Below are positions 9,949 through 19,685 of a stretch of DNA of 64,000 bases, piece after piece. A program made the position numbers and the translations under genes. The stretch is from assembly GCA_963693365.1 (NCBI GenBank), contig CAVNZM010000013.1, positions 6,834,713 through 6,898,712 of the forward strand. Direction: 5' to 3'. How positions within the stretch are numbered: the stretch's first letter is position 1; each line of letters opens with the position of its first letter. Below the pieces are notes generated by a model that worked only from the letters and a program-made list of their open reading frames with translations, did no database searches and was not told where the DNA came from. This DNA is from Amoebidium appalachense (taxonomy: Eukaryota > Protista > Ichthyosporea).

Positions 9949-11688
9949 TTAAGCCTCCACCGTCACCTCACGGGCACCGGACAGCACCAGCACGTTCTCG
10001 TGGTGCACGAAGGTGTCGAGGGTCAGGTCGTCCTGAACCGTGGGTTCCCCGACCCCGGCGGAGAACTTTTCCGTGTTCAGGTGCAGCAGAATGGGGGTGG
10101 CGTCGGAGCTGGTGTCGAGCCCAGAGTACAGGTCACGGTCCCTCTCGAGGTCCAGGGCGATCATGAACTGCTTGTCGGGCCAGGACGTGGAGTTGTACAT
10201 GCAATCGGCCGTGACGTCACCCAAGAAGTAGAGGGCCTTAGCCAGCTCGGCCCATGCCTCGGCGCAGTTGTTCTTCGACACACGAATTTCGTCGAGGGGC
10301 TTCTGGTAGGGGCCTATCTTGATCTGGTAGCTCGTTATGTTGCTGCGTTCCGACCTAAACGACTCGTAGCCGGCCTGGGCCCACGTGTTGCCGTTACGAA
10401 CGAGGGAGAGCAGGGACTTGACGTTTCTCCCCCGGAACGAAATGTGCAGGTCGGCAGGGCTGCCCCCCTTGACGTAGCTCTGGAAGTGGGTGAACGTGCT
10501 GTAGGGAATGTACACGTTCTTCTCCATCAAGGCCTTTTCGAAGCCGGCCGTGTAGACGGCGTTCCACTCGATGATTTCGCAGTGGAGGACGGGGTTGATG
10601 ATCTCGTAGGCGACGTCCTTGAGCCAATTCTCGTTCTCGGTGGGCACGTACAACACTTGGTTTGCCTCACCCAACGACAGCTCGATCTGCACCTCCCCCA
10701 TGTACGACAGCGGGAGGTACCGGCCGGACCGCATGAGGCCGAGCTTGAGCTGGTGAATGTAGGTGAAACCGTCGGTGGCGTCGATTTGGGCCTGGATGTT
10801 GGCCTGGTGGGGAGGCCACTTGGCGGCGCGGGCGGTGTAGTCGAGGAAGCGGTCGGCAGGAATGCCGTCCTTGCCCGGCAGCTTGTCGACATCGGGGGCA
10901 AACAGGGCCTCGTTGGGCAAGGGGTCCGTCCCCCTCGCCTTCTCGATGCCAAAGAGCTTTTTGAGGGGGTCGGGGTTGAAGGACGAGTACTGGGCGGCCG
11001 TGGTGGTGTTCCACTTGTCCGCATACTCCCAGTCGGCGTCCTGCGGGCTGTACGTCCCGTGCATGCGGCCGGCGGGGCTGTTGCCGTAGTCGGCCGACGA
11101 CAGGAACCGTTCCAGGTTGATCATCAGGTGGTTGTAGCCTGAAATGTCCTCGACGGTGGTGCCGTTGATGGACACACGGGCCCGTTCAAACGGTGCGGCC
11201 GAGGAGCAGAGGTGGCCCCCCATCATGGCCATCCCCTCCAGGTTGCGGACCTTGAGGGGGAAAATGTCGGTTGCCGCCGCGTTGTTGTTGAGGGTGTTGT
11301 TGGCCAACGTCTCGCTCTGGGGCACGGTGGTGCCCTCGTAGTCCCTTATGGTGGTGTCGATCTCGAGGGGGTGGGCCAGCTGACCGGGGAGGGGGAACCT
11401 GCGCAGCCTCTCCACCTTCACGCCCACGTACTCGGGGGCGTTGGGCACGTTGGCCTTGAACTGGAACGTCATGTAGGAGTTGAGACAGTCCAGGAAGCCC
11501 ACGGCCAGCAGGGAGAACCGAATCACGCGCTGCCCCTTTGAGCTGTACGTCGAGCCGGTCACCGGGTAGGTCTTGACCGTCGACCGGCGGTTGATGTGGC
11601 TGAGCTCCACGGGCGAGTACGTGCCGGCGTCCGTCAGCTTGTGGTAGGCCATGTTGAGGGGCACGGAGGCGTCGTAGGGGGCTGCCAT
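9949..11688 (-). CDS. Major capsid protein, double jelly-roll, PLV type (579 aa from AAC-ATG at 11688)
   Basis: PLV MCP-like blocks YPVTGSTY..VIRFSL..GFLDCLNSYMTF, FERARVSINGTTVEDISGYNHL, LGLMRSGRYLPL..IELSL, ITSYQIKIG..P and FMIALDLE..SGLDT. Adjacent to the packaging ATPase. Confidence 0.85.
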   Translation of the reverse strand: MAAPYDASVPLNMAYHKLTDAGTYSPVELSHINRRSTVKTYPVTGSTYSSKGQRVIRFSLLAVGFLDCLNSYMTFQFKANVPNAPEYVGVKVERLRRFPLPGQLAHPLEIDTTIRDYEGTTVPQSETLANNTLNNNAAATDIFPLKVRNLEGMAMMGGHLCSSAAPFERARVSINGTTVEDISGYNHLMINLERFLSSADYGNSPAGRMHGTYSPQDADWEYADKWNTTTAAQYSSFNPDPLKKLFGIEKARGTDPLPNEALFAPDVDKLPGKDGIPADRFLDYTARAAKWPPHQANIQAQIDATDGFTYIHQLKLGLMRSGRYLPLSYMGEVQIELSLGEANQVLYVPTENENWLKDVAYEIINPVLHCEIIEWNAVYTAGFEKALMEKNVYIPYSTFTHFQSYVKGGSPADLHISFRGRNVKSLLSLVRNGNTWAQAGYESFRSERSNITSYQIKIGPYQKPLDEIRVSKNNCAEAWAELAKALYFLGDVTADCMYNSTSWPDKQFMIALDLERDRDLYSGLDTSSDATPILLHLNTEKFSAGVGEPTVQDDLTLDTFVHHENVLVLSGAREVTVEA

Positions 11689-11701
11689 GTTGGTGGTGTG
11701 T

Positions 11702-12505
11702 TTACCTATGCCGTACATTTTTTTCGCCGTCACTGTCGCCGCCACCGTCGGACCCCGGGGACCCCAGCACCACCTCCTGTTCGAAATTTCGAAACATCCG
11801 CCCCTCGTTCAAGCGGATAAAGAGGAAGTCGTGCTTGCCCCGGTAGACCGTGTCCATCAATTCGAAAAATTGGGGGGTCTCGAGGGCGGGCAGGAACTCG
11901 TCCCGCAACACCTTGAGCTCGGTGTTGTTGGTGTTCTTGAAGTAGGCCAAGGCGTCAGCCTGGCTGCGCAGCTCGAGGGGTATCTTGTTGAGCTTCTGCC
12001 CGACCATCATCACCGACACACCAATGTGTCGGCGGTTCTGCGCCATGCGCACAAACTCGCGCAGGTTGCCCGACTTGCGAAAAATGTGGGACATGTCGTC
12101 AAACACCAGCAGCATGCGGTAGTTGGGGTTAACCTTCTTGTGCTGAAGCGACAGCTTGAGAATCTCGGGGAGGAACGACACGTCCTGGTGCAGGCGGGCC
12201 TTGGGGATTTTCAGGGCCGTGCCCAGGGTGTGCATGCTCGGGCTGAAAATGTACACGCGGTCAAACAGTTTATTGTAGAACTGACCCTCCCGGGCAATCA
12301 AGTTGACGAGCAGGTTGGACTTGCCGGACCCGGGCTGGCCAATGAGCAGGAAGAAGAACACGTTGTCCATCAACGGGTAGGGCACCCTCAGCTTGGTGTC
12401 GCACGTCATTGGTATGTGCTCCACCGAGAGGGGTGCGGGCAGGGGCTTGACGGCAATGGGCGGGGGCGGGTGCATGATGGTGTCACTCTCACCCAACAGG
12501 CCCAT
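11702..12505 (-). CDS. A32/FtsK-HerA-like DNA packaging ATPase
   Basis: Walker A LLIGQPGSGKS, Walker B MLLVFDD, and the A32 signature NRRHIGVSVMMVGQ. Confidence 0.93.
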   Translation of the reverse strand: MGLLGESDTIMHPPPPIAVKPLPAPLSVEHIPMTCDTKLRVPYPLMDNVFFFLLIGQPGSGKSNLLVNLIAREGQFYNKLFDRVYIFSPSMHTLGTALKIPKARLHQDVSFLPEILKLSLQHKKVNPNYRMLLVFDDMSHIFRKSGNLREFVRMAQNRRHIGVSVMMVGQKLNKIPLELRSQADALAYFKNTNNTELKVLRDEFLPALETPQFFELMDTVYRGKHDFLFIRLNEGRMFRNFEQEVVLGSPGSDGGGDSDGEKNVRHR

Positions 12506-12509
12506 AAAA

Positions 12510-12746
12510 TTAGTGCCTGCAGCCGTCGATTTGCACGTTGTAGACCGTGAAGTCGTCCAGGCACTCGAAGCTGCAGAGGTACATGGGCTCGTCACCCAGC
12601 CACGTCATGACGCACCCACAGTCAAAGTCGTAGCCCGGCCCCTCCTCCTGGGTGGCGCACTTGAACCAGTGCCCACAGTAGTCGCACGCGTGCTGCCATG
12701 GTTCGGCGTCCGTGTCGGATGCCGCCTTGGTTGTCGGGTTGGCCAT
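12510..12746 (-). CDS. Small Cys-rich putative zinc-binding protein (78 aa)
   Basis: CDYC...C...CGC...YLCSFEC. Ends 4 nt before the ATPase start, with an AAAAAATGT box about 30 nt upstream. Confidence 0.6.
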   Translation of the reverse strand: MANPTTKAASDTDAEPWQHACDYCGHWFKCATQEEGPGYDFDCGCVMTWLGDEPMYLCSFECLDDFTVYNVQIDGCRH

Positions 12747-12840
12747 GTCGGTTGCCGTGTCTGTAATACGGCACACATTTTTTGGACGTTGGCACCGTCC
12801 AACGTCGGTAAAAAAAATGTGTGCGTACTGGTAACCAACC

Positions 12841-13449
12841 ATGTCGGCCGAAGACAACCAAATCGAGCGCGTGTCTGACGGCGAAGTCCACCAACCCGTG
12901 TCCAACGGCGCCACCGGCATGGGTGTGGAGCCCATGGTGTTGGACGCCGGCCACGTGGCCAAGGCGAGACGGCAGCCCACGGCCCGGCAGCTGGAAGCCC
13001 TGGAGAAGGGCCGGAGCACCAGGGTGGAACGCATGCGGCGAAACAAGGACTACATCCGTGAACTCGAGCAGAAGCTGCAGGTGCTGGAGACCCGCCCGCC
13101 CGGCCCCCCGCCGGCAAAAGCAGAAGCACCGGCACAACCCCCAAAAGCACCCCGGCCAAGGCAGAAGAAGGCACCACGGAAGCCCATGACGAGGGTGGTG
13201 TTCGAGGAAGGGGACAGCGATGGCGGCTATGACGACTCGGACCCGCACGGCAACCCCTACTACCAGTACTACATGCCCCCGCCGGTACCACACCCCATGG
13301 GTGCACCGGGTGGGTACGCACCTCCACAGACACGCCACAGTGCCCCCCACACGGGCATGGGCTACGGTCCGTACCACCCTCCTGCAGCAGCAGCACCCCC
13401 TCCCCAGCGCAGCTACAGCGACCACATCGCCAGCCTCATTTCGTGGTGA
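12841..13449 (+). CDS. Hypothetical viral protein with a short coiled coil and Pro/Tyr-rich tail
   Basis: ACC-ATG start with an AAAAAAATGT box upstream; helix RQLEALEKGRSTRVERMRRNKDYIRELEQKL. Confidence 0.7.
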   Translation: MSAEDNQIERVSDGEVHQPVSNGATGMGVEPMVLDAGHVAKARRQPTARQLEALEKGRSTRVERMRRNKDYIRELEQKLQVLETRPPGPPPAKAEAPAQPPKAPRPRQKKAPRKPMTRVVFEEGDSDGGYDDSDPHGNPYYQYYMPPPVPHPMGAPGGYAPPQTRHSAPHTGMGYGPYHPPAAAAPPPQRSYSDHIASLISW

Positions 13450-13505
13450 CGTAGGAAGGAAAAATTCGTGTGCCCCCACTAGTAGCAAGCTACCGGTGCA
13501 CGGCC

Positions 13506-13796
13506 ATGGCTACCCCTAGGAGCACGAAAAACCTGCCGTCGGCGTACTCGTCGCCGTTTACGTTCGACGACTACCTCGAGTTCTACATACGACACGGCAC
13601 GGACAAACAGTTCGACCCGGCCGACAAGGCCGGGAAGAAGCCCGAAAACAAAATCGAAAAAAAATTCCTGAGGTTGAAGAAGAGGGTGCCGGTCGACCGG
13701 CAGGAGGAGCTGAGGAAGGTGCTGGAATACGAGGCCGAGCTCGATGCCCGCATGCTGGCCCACATACAGAAGCAGGAGGGGGAGACCAACATCTAA
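13506..13796 (+). CDS. Small charged helical hypothetical protein (96 aa)
   Basis: GCC-ATG-G start; codon bias like neighbouring viral genes. Confidence 0.65.
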   Translation: MATPRSTKNLPSAYSSPFTFDDYLEFYIRHGTDKQFDPADKAGKKPENKIEKKFLRLKKRVPVDRQEELRKVLEYEAELDARMLAHIQKQEGETNI

Positions 13797-14039
13797 AAAT
13801 AGGACCGGCCACCGCCCGACCGACCGGCCCGGAAAGACCTCTGCAGGTAGTTGATGTTGCTGCCGGCGTAGGCAATGCCCTGGGCGGCACGACCAATGTC
13901 CATGACCGTCCGGAACCTGTCCCAGGCCTCGTTGGGGTGGACGATGACGGTGTGGCTGCGTGGTGTGGCCGTGCGGTCCGGCAGTGCCGGCCGCCAGTAC
14001 TCGGAGTCGTTGACGTGCCCCACCCCCTCGAAAATCCAT
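13793..14039 (-). pseudogene. Small basic/Gly-tailed protein (MDFEGVGHVNDSEYW...RSGGGRSYF) with one extra T after codon 2
   Basis: ATG GAT TTT C GAG GGG GTG: removing one T joins the ATG at 14039 to the 13793..14023 frame. Confidence 0.5.
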
Positions 14040-14095
14040 GTTTGTTTGTAAGGCTCCCGTTAACCGTTGTATGTCAAAATATAGCCACCGTGACG

Positions 14096-15184
14096 CTAGC
14101 CGAACCGTTGGGGTTTGGCCATGGGCCGGATCGCCGTGACCCCCGTGGGGCTCGGGATTCGCCGGAGGCACAATAAAACCGTCATGTCCCCCCTCAGCCC
14201 CACCACGTCCCCGTAGCAGCTGACCAGCTTGATGCTGAGCGGAGTTGATGTGCGTGCTGACGTCCAGAGGCAGCTCGACGACGGCCCCGTTGTCAAAGAG
14301 GGGGAGGGCGTACTGCGGGAAGGTGGGTATGACGGCCAGAATGTCCTTGCTCGGATAGGACGACTGGAACTTGACGTCGGCGTTGGCCACGCTCACCGAC
14401 GACTCCGAATTCACCCCGTGCAGCTCAAGGAAAAAGTGGCTGGGGAATGCCGGTATGTTGGGGGCCATGACCTCTCCCTCTGCCTTGGAGGCGGCCAGCT
14501 GGCCGTCGAGGGGCATGGGCCGGCCGCTGCAGCCATGACCGGGCTGTCGAACCACATGACCACCCGGTAAAACTCGTTCGCATTGAACAGCGTGATGCGG
14601 CTGGCTACTTGGTGACACCCCACCCCCAACGTGTCCACGTCGTTCACAATCTCGTCCTTGATGGCGTCGGGTAGATTCGGGTGGTAGACTTCCTTCAAGG
14701 CGTAGTTCAACCAGGCAGCCACGAGCGTGCCCACAATGTTCTCGTCGTCTAGTTCATACGCCTCAGAGTCATCCGCGCACAGTTTTCTGGACCCACGGCC
14801 GACGTACTCCCCCCTAGGGTCCACCCCAAACTCGTACAGGGGTATCTGCTTGAAGGTCGACAACGACGATTCCGGCACGTCCGCAGGGAGGGGCTCCAGG
14901 GGTATGCGTCTGTGCTCCATGCTGGGCCCCCACCCGCCCGGGGAGCCGGGGTCGACCGGCCGCAGGGCAATGTTGACGTAGCACTTGTCACGAGGGAAGG
15001 GGTAGTAGAAGGTGTTGGCCGACGTCATGGTGCTCACCCAACGGGCACCCAACGACGTGTTCTGCATGAACCCGATGGGCGGTGAGAGCATGGCCTTCAT
15101 CTGCACAGGTGCAGGCTCCTGCTGGCCCTGCACAAAGTCACCGACGTGCTGCATGACAACCAGGTGTGTGGGTGCGTGGTCCAT
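14096..15184 (-). pseudogene. Minor capsid (penton) protein, split by two single-base frameshifts (about 14519 and 14240)
   Basis: Joined frames read MDHAPTH...WFDSPVMAAAAG / MPLDG...SHFFLEL...SKDILAVIP...VELPLDVSTHINS / LSIKLVSCYGDVVGLRGDMTVLLCL. 'DILAxIP' and 'I..l.i.l.x.yG..v.l.G' are typical Polinton/PLV penton motifs. Confidence 0.7.
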
Positions 15185-15242
15185 GGTGGTGGTTGTTACG
15201 TAATGAGGTACAAAAAATCGCCGTGTAACAGTAACGTGCAAC

Positions 15243-16712
15243 ATGCCGAGCACAACCGACTGGACCGTGGCCACCGGGCTGGCCCTCGCCAACCGGCGCA
15301 GAAACGGCTACTACGTGGGGCTCCTGCCCGACAACGCCGCCCACGACCACGACGCATACGAGCTGACGTTGCCCACCACCCGGCCGGCCACCGACTCGTA
15401 CGTGGCGTGCGGTGCAGACGGCGTGCTCTCGTTTGTGGCTGCCGCCGACGTGCCCACGGACATGACGGTCAAGAACCTGGAGGCCAGGGTGGTCGCAGTG
15501 GAGGGGGTCAACACCACCCAGGACACCGACATTGCCAGTCTCAAAACCACCACGGGAGGCCTGGACACACGGCTGGCGGCGGTGGAGACGAAAGCCACGA
15601 GTGCCCTCGACACGGCCAACGGTGCGGTGACGATCAACACCGCCCAGACAAACGACATTGCCGGCCTCAAAACCGCCACGGGGAGCCTGGACACACGGCT
15701 GACGGCAGTGGAGAGCAAGGCCACCACCGCCCTCGGCACGGCCAACGGTGCGGTGACGGTCAACACCACACAGAACACGGACATTGCCGCCCTCAAGACC
15801 ACCACGGGAGGCCTGGACACGAGGCTGACGGCAGTGGAGAGCAAGGCCACCACCGCCCTCAGCACCGCCAACGGTGCAGTGACGGTCAACACCACACAGA
15901 ACACGGACATTGCCGGCCTCAAGACCACCACGGGGAGCCTGGACACGAGGCTGACGGCAGTGGAGAGCAAGGCCACCAGCGCCCTCAGCACGGCCAACGG
16001 TGCAGTGACGGTCAACACCACCCAGACAAACGACATTGCCGGCCTCAAGACTACCACCGGTACACTCACAACGGACATGACGGCCATCAAGAACAGACTC
16101 CCTGCCAACACCAACAGGCTGGCCGATGAAGCGTGGGTGAGGCAGAGGACCGGCCCAGCGTACAAGGCAGTGAAGGTGTACCACATTACCAACCGAACGT
16201 GGAGCTCCCTCTTGGGCGATACAGCCGCTGCATGGGGTGACATTTTTAGCCTCAAGTCGGACACCGACCCAAACATCAACCTTGGGTGGATGACACAGCC
16301 AGGGGCCGAACTGCTCATCGTGCACGAGTTTTGGAAGGCGCTCGGCAACAACCAATTCCAGTTCATGGTGCAGGAAGGTCGGGTGTCCATGGCCTGTGTG
16401 GACCCTGTTAGTCCGAACGGCCATTACCCGTTTGCCATAGGGTGTGGTCTGATCGAGGGGGAACTACAGCCCACAGGAAACGGGACAGATTTCTGGCTAC
16501 GAATAAGGGTGACCAATAGAGCCTCTGACACCTATAGCTTTGGCAATGCGTCAGGCTACAATGCATTCAACGTGCAGGTGATTGCCAGGTACCCCCACTT
16601 TAGCGAATATGTCAACAAATCTAGCATTCCGAGAACAGACCTCAACTTCCACGATCCAAACTACTTTGCCGACTACCCATATGCAACCGAGACAGGTAGC
16701 TGGCTACCGTAG
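15243..16712 (+). CDS. Fibre/spike protein: N-terminal anchor module, 42-aa coiled-coil repeats, C-terminal beta-rich head
   Basis: Six-heptad repeats (VNTTQNTDIAGLKTTTGSLDTRLTAVESKATSALSTANGAVT); transcribed divergently from the adjacent penton gene. Confidence 0.8.
   Translation: MPSTTDWTVATGLALANRRRNGYYVGLLPDNAAHDHDAYELTLPTTRPATDSYVACGADGVLSFVAAADVPTDMTVKNLEARVVAVEGVNTTQDTDIASLKTTTGGLDTRLAAVETKATSALDTANGAVTINTAQTNDIAGLKTATGSLDTRLTAVESKATTALGTANGAVTVNTTQNTDIAALKTTTGGLDTRLTAVESKATTALSTANGAVTVNTTQNTDIAGLKTTTGSLDTRLTAVESKATSALSTANGAVTVNTTQTNDIAGLKTTTGTLTTDMTAIKNRLPANTNRLADEAWVRQRTGPAYKAVKVYHITNRTWSSLLGDTAAAWGDIFSLKSDTDPNINLGWMTQPGAELLIVHEFWKALGNNQFQFMVQEGRVSMACVDPVSPNGHYPFAIGCGLIEGELQPTGNGTDFWLRIRVTNRASDTYSFGNASGYNAFNVQVIARYPHFSEYVNKSSIPRTDLNFHDPNYFADYPYATETGSWLP
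15507..16060 (+). repeat. 126-bp tandem repeat, about 4.4 copies (fibre shaft)
   Basis: Units start at 15507, 15633, 15759, 15885 and 16011. Confidence 0.95.
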
Positions 16713-16754
16713 GTGCCAAGGTGAATTTTTCTCTACGGGGTATTAAGACTCACC

Positions 16755-16814
16755 ATGAGTCATTTGCAGTGGCACGTTTCCCAGGGAATTCCCCTACTGG
16801 CACCGAGAAACTAA
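16755..16814 (+). pseudogene. 19-codon stub paralogous to the N-terminus of the 16844 gene (MSHLQWHVSQGIPLLAPRN)
   Basis: actcaccATGagtcatttgcagtggcacgtt resembles actcaccATGaacagtttgccgtggcacgtt, 89 bp downstream. Confidence 0.6.
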
Positions 16815-16843
16815 TTTATTTCTAACACACTAGTAAACTCACC

Positions 16844-18862
16844 ATGAACAGTTTGCCGTGGCACGTTACCGAGGGAGTCTCCCTGGTGGGTCCAAAAAGC
16901 AGAGACTACTACGTCGGCATCCGACCCGACTCGAGCGGGCACGGGCACGACAGCTACTAGCTGTACGTCCTCGAGCTGCCCAAAAGCCTCCCCCGAGCGG
17001 GGCCAGCCTTCTTGAAGGTGGACGAGGTGGGGGCCGGTACCTTCATGCCCGTGGCGGAGGTGACCGACCGGCTGGACGACCTGGAGAGGAGGGTGGTGCT
17101 GTTGGAAAAGGGCATGGTCAAGAACTGGGAGGAGCACACCGTCTACGACACCATGAAGGAAACCTTGGACACTATAGTAAAGGTGCTGTGGGGGGACGAC
17201 AAGGAGAACTTTGAAGACAACATTGTACGTCGCCTGCCTGAGGCTGGAAGGCCTAACCCCCGACCCGATATTTCCCTACTCCATGTGGGTCCGGCCAAAC
17301 TTTTTGTTTTCCGACGGGTGGACGTCGGTGCGTACCATAAACAGACAGATCAAGACAGCCCTGCCCGAACGCCCCGACTTCCCCAAGTTCCCCATGATAA
17401 GCAACCCAGACACCCCACACAGCATGGGCACCCCCCTCTTTTTTGGGAGCTGGGACGAGGAGAGACAGACCATCACGTTCCAGGCCCACCACTACCCCAT
17501 GTCTGCACGAACCGCATGCTTCAAGTTCGACCATGTCGGCATAAACGGACAGGACAAGGACGACGGTCACACGTACACCCACTTCTACGAAAACGAAACG
17601 GACGAGGCAAGACACGCCACCCTTTGGCCCTACACCCCAACCATGGAGGCCGTCATATCATCAAACACGTACCCCCTCAACAACAACTACGCCTACAACA
17701 AGAAGGGCATCAGCAGGGTCTTACCGTTCATGACGTACGACATTGTCATGGGCACCGTGCCCCGGGGGGAGCCGCTGCAGCAGCACATTGCCGGCAAGCT
17801 CACCGCCAACCTAGACAGCAGCCAGCTGTACGAGCTCAACCAGGTCGTCGTCGAGAAGGCCGAGTACCTGCACGACGTGCCCATCATCAACACAGAGGTT
17901 GACCAAGCACGGACCTGCACGACACCAACAACGACTGGCACATGGACTACATCAACGAGGACAACCCCGACCTGCCCGGGGGCGGAAAGTTCCCCTACGA
18001 CGACAAGGTTCTCACAAACTGGATAAAGAGCAGGGTGTGGGCACAGGAGCAAGAGACCATATCGGGCACAACCAAGACACGGTACTTCAGGCCGGGCCTC
18101 CTGCACTTCTCCAACAGGGGCCCCAACGACTACACCACCACACGCATGGGCTACGTGAAACTTGACCACAAGGTCCACTACAAGTTTCCCAGCGTCATGT
18201 TTCAATACGAAACCACCGTCAGCGCCGTCGGTGATTTGGGGGGGACCAACAAGAGCGTGTATTCGGGCCCCAAAGGGTCACTACCCCACCCGGAAATGGA
18301 GCTCACGTACAGGGTGACAAGCCGGGTGCTACGTCTAAACTACAACGAAGCCGTTTCCCCCGACCCCTGGGACGAGGTGGACCAGCTATGGGAACCGGTG
18401 GGCTCGGCCCTCAAACAGTACCTCAACACCATACGTGCACACATGCCCAACGGAAAGGTGCCACAGAGCATGCAGGAAAACGACCTGTGGTTTATGGTGA
18501 GGCCTAGGGAGATCAACTTTGTGCCCGTGCTAAGAGACTTCGTCGAAGAGGAAACGTTCAAACCAAGCCCGTTGGACATTGTGGAGAGTGTGATGGACTT
18601 GATGGGGGTCATACCTGTGGTCGGCGATGCCGTGTCTGCCGTGGGCAAGGGGGCATGCAAACTCGCACAGAGGTACGGAGGTAAGCTAGGCACGGGCATT
18701 GGCAAGATGGGCAAGAGGAAGGCACGCCGGGCCGCCACCGACTACGACAACTACGCCGCCGAGCTCGAGGCCTGGAAGAACAACCAGGGTAAGTACGGGC
18801 CCGACCACAACGTCGTGGATGTGGGCGACTGGGACAACGGGCCAAAATGGACCATGCCCTAA
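16844..18862 (+). pseudogene. Second fibre-family protein (about 670 aa) interrupted by an in-frame TAG (16958) and two frameshifts (about 17236 and 17905)
   Basis: N-terminus WHVTEGVSL...DYYVGIRPD...HGHDSY*..LELP matches the 15243 fibre (WTVATGLAL...GYYVGLLPD...HDHDAYELTLP). A coiled coil follows, then the ORF pieces 17012, 17211 and 17942 overlap in succession. Confidence 0.65.
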
Positions 18863-18864
18863 AA

Positions 18865-19634
18865 CTACGTGTAGGGGCCCAGCACGTCCATGCAGTAGAG
18901 TATGAGGTACCAGAGGGCACGGCAAGCAGGCAGCAGGCGAGCAGTGTGTACCCCAACGTGGTCAGAAACCCGTTCTCCAAAAACCCAAACTCCCACAAGT
19001 TCCAGTGGAGCTCGTCAAACACAATGCCTGCCAGTGCAAGGCCTGCATGCACGCACACGCACAGCACAATGTTCCTGGTGAGCACGGGCACGGACAGGGA
19101 GAGCATGTACCGTGCACAGACGAGGGTGGCACACGCCAGCACGCCCCTCAACACAAGAAACACGTAGCCAAACACCGACGGTTCAAACACGCACGTCATG
19201 CCGTAGAAAGCACTTAGGGGGAGGAGGGAGGCACACACCATGTACGCCACGGCCCGTGGGAAGAACAACGTGGTCGTCACACGCATGGATCGGGCCCAGC
19301 ACGCTGCTGCCAGCATGTAGGCGAGGGGGGAGGCCACATACAGCCACGAGCCCAGCCAGTAGGGTGCCCACATCACACAGTGCCCGGCCACGTCAGGGTG
19401 GGTGTCCACGTCGAGCCAGGCATACGCCACCCATTGTGCCTGGCACATGACCACACCTGTGAGGGGTAGGATGATGAGCCAAAACATGCATGTACGTTTG
19501 GCAAGTTCCGGTATGAGTACGGCTGTGCCGTAGGACGCCACCACGAGTGCAACACACATGATGGCACAGCAGGTGGTAAAATATATACGTGCAAGGTCGA
19601 CAATCATTCTCACAACTGAGTTGCCTACTACCAT
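18865..19634 (-). CDS. Seven-TM membrane protein resembling microbial (type-1) opsin-related proteins lacking the retinal Lys; one apparent single-C deletion near 18915
   Basis: About 7 hydrophobic helices. WAPYWLGSWLYVASPL resembles WARYxDWLFTTPL, and LHWNLWEFG...LGYTLL resembles IAWGLSEGG...FYGIL. Restoring one C gives ...LLAVPLWYLILYCMDVLGPYT* (256 aa), ending 2 nt from the convergent gene's stop. Confidence 0.5.
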
Positions 19635-19685
19635 CTCCGTACGAAAAAATGTGCAACCATAATAAAAGGGAAAAACAAGACCAAG

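Noticed and set aside
83-16424. Many long overlapping or antisense ORFs (e.g. 640..1851, 1767..3248, 3369..4619, 9919..11142, 15138..16424)
   Set aside because: Shadow frames caused by high GC3 of the real viral genes; no motifs.
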